32,000 nt of DNA. Source: Carboxylicivirga sp. (GTDB taxonomy: Bacteria > Bacteroidota > Bacteroidia > Bacteroidales > Marinilabiliaceae). The stretch covers positions 22,355-54,354 of the forward strand of contig JAOARW010000039.1 in NCBI GenBank assembly GCA_025210475.1. The letters run 5' to 3'. Position numbers and translations under genes: made by a program. The notes beneath the pieces are model-generated. The model had not been told where the DNA came from, did not search any database, and was given only the letters and a program-made list of their open reading frames with translations. Of this stretch, positions 25,608 to 32,000 are shown piece after piece (the stretch's first letter is position 1; every line of letters begins with the position of its first letter).

Positions 25608-28418
25608 ATGAGAAAAATAATTGTAAAAGTATGTTTTATCGTATTAGCATTATTGCTAAAACTTTCATCAGTCAACTCCCAAACAACATTAACAATTGAT
25701 GATGTTGATTTTGATTATGAGGCTGGTGTCATTACAAAATATAACGCAACATTTACCCAAATAATAGTTCCTTCAGAATTAGATGGTGTTGCTGTAAGAG
25801 AAATTGGTGTTAGAGCTTTTGATAACAAGGGCATAACAAATCTTGACTTGCCTGGAACATTATTAGAAATTAGAGGAAATGCATTTAGTAATAATGAAAT
25901 TAGGACTATTATAATTCCTGAAGGTGTTAAGGCAATTGGGAAATCGGCATTTAGTCTTAATTTACTTGAAACTATAAGTATAGCATCATCGGTTGAATCG
26001 ATAGGAGAAAGTGCTTTTGCAAATAGTAAACATAAAGACAATATTCCAAATGTATATCTTACTTTTAACTCTCATAGTAAATTGTTGGATATTGGAGATT
26101 TTGCATTTGCCAATGCTTTCTTAGTTACTACTGGAGATATACCACTTACGGTTAAGAATATTGGTAATGGCGTATTTGCTAATAACTCAATTAGTAACCT
26201 TGATTTGTCTTTAACAAATATTGTAAGTATAGGAGCTAATGCTTTTAATAAAAATAGCTTAAGGGTTGTGAAATTACCAAACTCATTGAGAGAAATTGGA
26301 AGTAATGCTTTTAGCAATAACAATAATGTGCTAGTTAATTTGCCAGAATATTTAGAAGAAAGGAGTCAGTTCATAAATTGGATAGATTCCAATGGTAACA
26401 CATATGATAAAGGTGCAAGAATAAGTGACTATTCGTTATCATACAAAGCTCAGTATTATTATACTCTGGGTGATGTGGACGTAGAAGTGTCGGAAGGTGT
26501 AATAACTAATTGTTCCTATGATTTCTTCAGTAAATATATCAAAATACCATCTCAAATTGGAGGAGAGCAAATAATTAGGATTGGTCACAATGTCTTTTTC
26601 CAAAAAGAACTTAAAGCGGTTAATCTTCCTCTTTCTTTGCAATCAATTGGTTCATATTCTTTTGGGCAAACTTCGCTAACTGAAGTTTCATTTCCTGAAG
26701 GTTTGTTGGAAATTGAACAAGGAGCTTTTTCGAATAATTCACTCAGTTCGATTAGCCTGCCGAGTTCGATTAAATACATTGGAAAGCAGGCGTTTATTGG
26801 CAATTCTTTTGACAGATTTAACTTGCCTAAATCTAATGATGAATTATTTGTTGGATGGCATATTTATGATTACTCTAAACAAGATGAAATAATTGATGGA
26901 GGAGCTGTTGATGTAGGGTCGCATTCTTCAGGTATTCTTCCCTCATATACAAAACTTGAATATTACATATTGTCTGATACTGATGTGGAAATGTCTCAAG
27001 GTGTGATACAATTTTGCTCCTACAGCTTTGATAATAAGTGTATTCTAATACCTGAAGAGCTGAAAGGACAGAAGGTTGTAGGTATTGCGAGCAAAAATTC
27101 TGAATATAATGGTGTATTCGGAAGTAAAGGGTTAATGCGAGTGAAACTTCCTAATACGTTAGAACATATTGGGGTATTCGCATTCTCAGGTAATAGAATT
27201 TCACAAGTTGATTTACCAGAATCGTTGACGGTTATTGACCGTTGGGCGTTTAATAATTGTCATTTAGAAAAATTAACACTTCCCACATCTCTTAATAGTA
27301 TAGCTTTTAAAGCTTTTTTTGAAAATGACATAAGGGAAATAGCCTTTAATACATCTATAAATACCATTGGTGAGAGTGCTTTTGAAAACAATTCTTTAAG
27401 TACAATTGAACTTCCTAATTCAATTACTTTTATTGGAGAAAAAGCTTTCTATAGTAATAATATCAGTGAATTTCGACTTCCTTATCCATCAAAGGAAGGC
27501 TATCAATTTAAAGAGTGGCAAGATTATAATAACAATAGTTTTGAAGCAGAAGCTAGGGTTAGTGACCTTTATAGTTCGTACACGGCAATTCTAGAAGGTT
27601 CTATTATTGAGTTAACAACTTGGGAAAATTCTATTGGTAATGTTGTTATAAAAGATGAAATCCAATTCTCTGACAACTTTGTTGATAGCAGAGGATATAT
27701 TGATTTTAGTATATGGAACAGGGGGAATAAGTCAATGACCATTACAGAAATTAGGATTCCAGATGGTTTTGAAATAGGCTCAGAAGCTTGGCCCATTGAA
27801 ATAAACCCAAATACTGGACATAGCGTAACTTTATATTTTGCTCCAACTAAAATTGGTAACTATAATGGGGGGGTAGAAGTTGTTGGTAATTTTACAGGAG
27901 GTGTAAATACTTTTAATGTAAATGGGAATTGTATCAATAGGTCATATCTAATAACAACAATATCTGGCGAAGGGGGAAATATTACTCCGCAAAATCCAAC
28001 GCTTGTTGAAGGTAGTGAGCAAGAGTTTGTATTTACTCCTAATGAAGGTTTTTCTATTGATGAAATTTTTGTTGATGGAGTTTTACTTGAGAACAATGTA
28101 CATACTTATAATTTAGTTGTTACAGAGAATCATTCTATAGAAGTGGTTTTTAAATTAGCTACTTCCATCAATAAGAATAGCCAAATAGACAAGTTAAATC
28201 TCTATCCAAACCCAACTTTGGGCAGATTTAAAATAAATATAGGGGATGTAACCAAGGATGCTAAAATCGAAATATACAGCCTTTCAGGAAGGTTGTTGTT
28301 TTCAGATTATTTCCAATCCAGCGAATATAATTTTAAAGAAGACCTCAAGAAAGGTGTCTATATTGTGATGGTAAAAACATCAAACAAAAGTTATAGTCAA
28401 AAATTGATTGTTCGATAG
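25608..28418 (+). CDS. BspA-type leucine-rich-repeat surface protein with an InlB-B-repeat-like domain and a T9SS C-terminal sorting domain
   Basis: Signal peptide MRKIIVKVCFIVLALLLKLSSVNSQ; the ATG at 25608 is preferred to the TTG at 25596. Many I..IG..AF..N.L..I.LP.S repeats are present. The C-terminus LNLYPNPTLGRFKINIG...KGVYIVMVKTSNKSYSQKLIV is T9SS-type. Confidence 0.85.
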   Translation: MRKIIVKVCFIVLALLLKLSSVNSQTTLTIDDVDFDYEAGVITKYNATFTQIIVPSELDGVAVREIGVRAFDNKGITNLDLPGTLLEIRGNAFSNNEIRTIIIPEGVKAIGKSAFSLNLLETISIASSVESIGESAFANSKHKDNIPNVYLTFNSHSKLLDIGDFAFANAFLVTTGDIPLTVKNIGNGVFANNSISNLDLSLTNIVSIGANAFNKNSLRVVKLPNSLREIGSNAFSNNNNVLVNLPEYLEERSQFINWIDSNGNTYDKGARISDYSLSYKAQYYYTLGDVDVEVSEGVITNCSYDFFSKYIKIPSQIGGEQIIRIGHNVFFQKELKAVNLPLSLQSIGSYSFGQTSLTEVSFPEGLLEIEQGAFSNNSLSSISLPSSIKYIGKQAFIGNSFDRFNLPKSNDELFVGWHIYDYSKQDEIIDGGAVDVGSHSSGILPSYTKLEYYILSDTDVEMSQGVIQFCSYSFDNKCILIPEELKGQKVVGIASKNSEYNGVFGSKGLMRVKLPNTLEHIGVFAFSGNRISQVDLPESLTVIDRWAFNNCHLEKLTLPTSLNSIAFKAFFENDIREIAFNTSINTIGESAFENNSLSTIELPNSITFIGEKAFYSNNISEFRLPYPSKEGYQFKEWQDYNNNSFEAEARVSDLYSSYTAILEGSIIELTTWENSIGNVVIKDEIQFSDNFVDSRGYIDFSIWNRGNKSMTITEIRIPDGFEIGSEAWPIEINPNTGHSVTLYFAPTKIGNYNGGVEVVGNFTGGVNTFNVNGNCINRSYLITTISGEGGNITPQNPTLVEGSEQEFVFTPNEGFSIDEIFVDGVLLENNVHTYNLVVTENHSIEVVFKLATSINKNSQIDKLNLYPNPTLGRFKINIGDVTKDAKIEIYSLSGRLLFSDYFQSSEYNFKEDLKKGVYIVMVKTSNKSYSQKLIVR

Positions 28419-28493
28419 GTTGTCATACTATAATTGTACTAGTTGCACTTAAAGAAAGGGTCTTTAGTTATAGCATATAAAAACTTCTTACAT

Positions 28494-28537
28494 AAATGCT
28501 CTAAAATGCTTTCTATGCCTTTTAGAGCATTTGTTTT
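28494..28537 (+). terminator. Intrinsic terminator-like hairpin downstream of the LRR gene
   Basis: AAATGCTCTAAAA (28494-28506) pairs perfectly with TTTTAGAGCATTT (28520-28532) across a 13-nt loop, followed by GTTTT. Confidence 0.55.
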
Positions 28538-28873
28538 GAACTGTTCTGTTAATAACATCGAAAATCCTTCTCTCAGAGCCTTAATAACCTTTTTTTTATT
28601 CAAAAAAGCTTTTCTGGCGTCCAGAGGGCATATTGCTATGGTTTAGTTAGCACAATAGTGAATAATTTCAGTTTCAAACTCATTTTTGGTCTATCGCTTC
28701 ACTTAGATATTTTTATCAAAAACGGCTCTCAGATGCATAGAAAACATTTTCATGTATCAGTAATGTGTATTTTTTACTTGTGCCAACTTAATCTTAATAT
28801 TATCAATCAAGACAATTCAGATGTTATAAAAGTAAGCGCAAAAAGTTAGAGGAAATAAAAATAGGACAAAAAA

Positions 28874-29785
28874 TTACTTTTTTATTTGACCGTTGTAGAA
28901 ATCATCTGCTTTCTTGAAAATGATGTTCTCATGAATATTGATTGCAAATTCTTCAACTTTATCAATTACATCATCAACAACTTCCTTAGATATTTTTATT
29001 TTATCACCATTTTTGTTTTTACCGTTTCTATGCACTAAGTCATGCCGTTTACCAATAATTTCCATCAATTCTTCTATTCTCGGAAAATCAATTTTGAAAG
29101 TGCCTTTGTACATCTTTCTTACAATGTGCAAGTTGTGGTATATTACATTTAATAATTCTTTCTTAATAATATCGTTTAATTGCTCTAACTTACTGTATAT
29201 CTGAGTTAAGTCAAATATATATTTTTTAAATACCTCATTAGATTTAACAAAATTCTTAAAATACTCTTCGTTGTTTAACGTCTTTTCAATCAGTGTTGTC
29301 GATAGAAAATCTTCTAAACATGTTATTGAGTTAGAATATATTTGTCTTTGTAATGCTTCTTGCAATTCATCATCATCAAGAACAACGTTATTTAGTTTCC
29401 TTAATTTAGAAATCTCATTATTGAATTGGTCGATAAATTTAGTACTGGCCTTTATGGACTCAATACGTTCATCCATCATTAACATGTAGTCTTTATAATC
29501 TTCATCATCAATAGTTTCAAGTGTTATTGTGTCATCATCTGCATCTTCAACATCTACCCATGCATCACCCCAACCTGCATAAACAGTAACATAAAAGTGT
29601 TTGCCGCATTTTTCACATTCAGCAACACTAAAATTATCACCATGAGAATCACTTGGTTTTTCAGCATCCATATTTGGGGATGGTAATGATATTTCTTCAC
29701 TAATAACCTTATTTTCGCATTTGTCACATCTAAAATTTGCAATAATTGCTTGAACACCATAATGTGAAAATTCACACATTCCCAT
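28874..29785 (-). CDS. Zinc-ribbon protein with a C-terminal helical domain carrying an Rx4H (HEPN-like) motif
   Basis: N-terminal CDKC...CEKC pairs, an acidic linker (VEDADDDTITLETIDDEDYKDY), then a helical domain of about 200 aa ending in GKRHDLVHRNG (R-x4-H). Confidence 0.5.
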   Translation of the reverse strand: MGMCEFSHYGVQAIIANFRCDKCENKVISEEISLPSPNMDAEKPSDSHGDNFSVAECEKCGKHFYVTVYAGWGDAWVDVEDADDDTITLETIDDEDYKDYMLMMDERIESIKASTKFIDQFNNEISKLRKLNNVVLDDDELQEALQRQIYSNSITCLEDFLSTTLIEKTLNNEEYFKNFVKSNEVFKKYIFDLTQIYSKLEQLNDIIKKELLNVIYHNLHIVRKMYKGTFKIDFPRIEELMEIIGKRHDLVHRNGKNKNGDKIKISKEVVDDVIDKVEEFAINIHENIIFKKADDFYNGQIKK

Positions 29786-29799
29786 AATAACTATTTCTT

Positions 29800-31209
29800 T
29801 TAATTTCTATTTTGCCTCCAACCGCCACATTTTTTTTCAGCTTCTTTAATACGTTTAACAACATCCAGAGTTAGGGTATTGTCAATTTTTCCTGTTTCAA
29901 AATCTGATACTTTACTTTCTGTTTGATTCTGTAATAGATTAACATCGGTAGGAATCGCATGTCCTCTTTCATTATCAAATGAATCAATAATTTCTTTCGT
30001 TAAAGTACCATAAGTAATCATAGGAGGATACAGTGAACATCGTTTGTTTTGCAAAGAAGTAATAATTTGTGTCTTGTCTGCATAGAACTTATTGATTGTT
30101 GGAATGCCAATTTTATAAAAGCCACCGCTACGAATAGATGAGGATTGAATACCACATCCTTTAAAGCATACATTTCTTAAATATGAACCGTCAAAAAGTG
30201 TACTTTTTATTACACAATTCCATATTTTTAGATTTTCTAATAAAGAACTATGAATCTGAGTTTCCTCAAATAGTGATTTGAAAAATGTAGTTCCCCCTGA
30301 AATGTTAGTGCCTAATAATTTACATTGATATAATTCGGTCATGCCAATATGACAATTAAGAATATTAGTGCCAATAAAAGATGAACTGTATTGTGAGCCG
30401 CTAACTCGTGTCTGTTCAATAAAACTATCATTAAAATTAACTTTGTTGCAATGAGTAAAAGTTAGATTAACGTTACTTAAAATTGAACTACTAAAGTCAC
30501 ATTTTTGCAATTTGGAACTACTAAAATCATTTCGATTAAATTTTGAATTGATAAAATCAGTTTTGTAAAAAGATGATGAATTAAAATTAACATGTTCTAG
30601 ATTGGCATTGTTAATTTCAGCGTTCCTTAATTCCAACCCTTGTAAATAACTACCATTTAAATCAGCCTTAAATTCCTTAAAACTAAATTCATTTTTTTCT
30701 CTTTTTTTAAAGAGTATATTGATTAGGGTTATAATTTCGTTAGATGGTTTGTTACTATATATGTTTTTATAGGTTGGGTTGTTTGTGCTTGTTCTAATAT
30801 GTGAACAAAGAACATTAAATACTAATTCTTTGAACTCAGCAGGGTATTCCATCCCTAAATGAAATAGTGATTGGATTCCACCAATTCGTGCAGATTCATG
30901 TAGATTTCCAAGTAACTCTATAGCTTTCTGAAACCTATTGTTTCTTTCACTTTTAGATTGAAGGTTAATTTGTTGCTGTTGGTTAACTAAGCGATTATTG
31001 TTGATTGAGATGTTAATTATTAAACCAATTACCCCAAATACAGTAATCCAAACAGAAAAGAAATCTTTTAGAGGTAAGCCAAGAGTGTAAATGTTTCCAA
31101 TATCCCATCCGAGCCAATCATTTATGGCTATCCCCACAAATGGAATTAAGAAAAAGGCAAAAAGGATAATTGGTGTGATATACTTCTTTAGGAACTTTTT
31201 AAATTTCAT
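29800..31209 (-). CDS. Membrane-anchored pentapeptide-repeat protein
   Basis: Two N-terminal TM helices (YITPIILFAFFLIPFVGIAI and FFSVWITVFGVIGLIINISI). Unbroken 5-residue periodicity runs for about 36 pentads from ADLNG/SYLQG/LELRN/AEINN/ANLEH onward. The ATG at 31209 is preferred (27-34 nt downstream of a -7 box); the track start at 31254 is a TTG. Confidence 0.8.
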   Translation of the reverse strand: MKFKKFLKKYITPIILFAFFLIPFVGIAINDWLGWDIGNIYTLGLPLKDFFSVWITVFGVIGLIINISINNNRLVNQQQQINLQSKSERNNRFQKAIELLGNLHESARIGGIQSLFHLGMEYPAEFKELVFNVLCSHIRTSTNNPTYKNIYSNKPSNEIITLINILFKKREKNEFSFKEFKADLNGSYLQGLELRNAEINNANLEHVNFNSSSFYKTDFINSKFNRNDFSSSKLQKCDFSSSILSNVNLTFTHCNKVNFNDSFIEQTRVSGSQYSSSFIGTNILNCHIGMTELYQCKLLGTNISGGTTFFKSLFEETQIHSSLLENLKIWNCVIKSTLFDGSYLRNVCFKGCGIQSSSIRSGGFYKIGIPTINKFYADKTQIITSLQNKRCSLYPPMITYGTLTKEIIDSFDNERGHAIPTDVNLLQNQTESKVSDFETGKIDNTLTLDVVKRIKEAEKKCGGWRQNRN

Positions 31210-31242
31210 TCGATTTAGGTTATGAAAGAGTTTCATTTCCTT

Positions 31243-31250
31243 CAAATATA
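31243..31250 (-). promoter_or_regulatory. Bacteroidota-type -7 box (TAnnTTTG) for the pentapeptide/HEPN operon
   Basis: Plus-strand CAAATATA is TATATTTG on the minus strand. Confidence 0.4.
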
Positions 31251-31325
31251 TCAATTGTTATTTCGCAATTGACTAATTATTTGAAGATGTTTCATGAGGT
31301 AGTGAATTTGAAAAATTGAAATCAT

Positions 31326-31333
31326 TAAATTTG
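31326..31333 (+). promoter_or_regulatory. Bacteroidota-type -7 box (TAnnTTTG) for the ORF starting at 31353
   Basis: TAAATTTG ends 19 nt upstream of the ATG at 31353. Confidence 0.4.
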
Positions 31334-31352
31334 GCCAACCTAAATAATGAAT

Positions 31353-32000
31353 ATGAGCACATTTAAAGACATTACAATATCTTTTGCTAACCTATTGAAA
31401 AATAGGGCAAGAAATCCATTCTATGGAACTCTTATTTTAGTATATCTGATTCGAAATCATCAGTCTATCTATCAACTGTTTTTTATTAAACAAACTACAT
31501 TGAAGGCAAGGTTAGGTATACTGAGTGAACTATTTGGCCAAGGTTTCATTAAAGAATTATCAATCTGTGTAGGTTTGGCCTTTTTAGCGATGCTGATTTC
31601 ATATGTCCTTACAAATATTAGTGAATTACTACAGGTCTTTTTTAAGCAAGTGGTTAATGTTTGGGTTCAAAAACTAATTGATAAAATCACTAATAAAACT
31701 AACACTTATTCAAAGGAGGACTATTTGAAAATGGGAGAGGAGAAAGACTTTTTCGAAAAAAAGTTTAATGCAGAAAGGGATAAAAGGTTATTAACAGAGA
31801 AAGAGCGAGATGACTTTGAAGAGACAATTAAGAAGCAAAATTCGGATATTGCAAGTAGCAGGAATACAGCAATGAAAAAGGATGATGAATACCAAAAAAT
31901 ACTCAAAGAAAAGGGCGAATTAGAGAATGAGTTGGATTGGTACAAAAGTGAGTTGGATAAAAGTGGAGTAATAAATAATTCTGCTCCTACTGAAATGTCA
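31353..32000 (+). CDS. Hypothetical membrane/coiled-coil protein, 3'-truncated by the window end (absent from the ORF track)
   Basis: My own translation from the ATG at 31353 gives 216 codons with no stop up to nt 32000: MSTFKDITISFANLLKNRARNPFYGTLILVYLIRNH...ICVGLAFLAMLISYVL...KEDYLKMGEEKDFFEKKFNAERDKRLLTEKERDDFEETIKKQ.... The antisense track ORF 31721..31945 is its shadow. Confidence 0.55.
   Translation, partial: MSTFKDITISFANLLKNRARNPFYGTLILVYLIRNHQSIYQLFFIKQTTLKARLGILSELFGQGFIKELSICVGLAFLAMLISYVLTNISELLQVFFKQVVNVWVQKLIDKITNKTNTYSKEDYLKMGEEKDFFEKKFNAERDKRLLTEKERDDFEETIKKQNSDIASSRNTAMKKDDEYQKILKEKGELENELDWYKSELDKSGVINNSAPTEMS

Noticed and set aside
25472-25675. 67-aa minus-strand ORF across the STAND/LRR intergenic region
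   Set aside because: It overlaps the LRR gene's signal-peptide region in antisense and covers the intergenic repeats. No motif.
28443-28849. Two ORFs of 67 and 63 aa (28443..28646 and 28658..28849)
   Set aside because: They have TTG and GTG starts and unnatural composition. The first spans the terminator hairpin. They are treated as non-coding.
31721-31945. 74-aa minus-strand ORF
   Set aside because: It is a serine/phenylalanine-rich antisense shadow of the longer plus-strand ORF 31353..32000.
1-32000. tRNA, rRNA or CRISPR arrays, and long terminal or direct repeats flanking the island
   Set aside because: The intergenic regions are short and AT-rich, with no tRNA-like GC-rich arms and no regularly spaced repeats. 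Only trivial AT-rich 8-mers recur between the candidate island edges. A proper repeat search was not possible by eye.

Overview
Low-GC window that looks like Bacteroidota. The evidence is two proteins ending in T9SS-type C-terminal sorting domains and several TAnnTTTG (-7) promoter boxes. It is dominated by an accessory, defence-type region.

The core, about 4.9-21.0 kb, is one co-directional and tightly packed plus-strand array of 11 genes. In order these are: an XRE-type HTH gene; hsdM; hsdS; a frameshifted PD-(D/E)xK-like gene; a DUF262 protein; a GmrSD-like DUF262+DUF1524 protein; hsdR; a DUF45/M48-like metallohydrolase; a Septu-like pair (ABC/AAA ATPase plus HNH nuclease); and an overlapping third small PD-(D/E)xK-like gene. 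The array ends against a short, catalytic-domain-only tyrosine recombinase on the opposite strand.

Left of the array are the 3' end of a LytS-type histidine kinase, three secreted or membrane proteins of unknown function, and a translationally coupled three-gene minus-strand operon of unknown function.

Right of the array are:
- an HTH gene with twin operator-like palindromes, followed by an EamA transporter
- a NACHT/STAND-like NTPase
- a large BspA-type LRR surface protein
- a two-gene operon encoding a membrane-anchored pentapeptide-repeat protein plus a zinc-ribbon/HEPN-motif protein
- a 3'-truncated ORF running off the window that is absent from the supplied ORF track

No rRNA, tRNA or CRISPR array was seen. 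All functional calls rest on motifs I read by eye in the translations and on gene arrangement. No database or HMM search was run.

The best candidates for undescribed systems are the three-gene Septu-like module (17.7-21.0 kb), the pentapeptide-repeat/HEPN pair (28.9-31.2 kb) and the anonymous coupled three-gene operon (3.5-4.6 kb).
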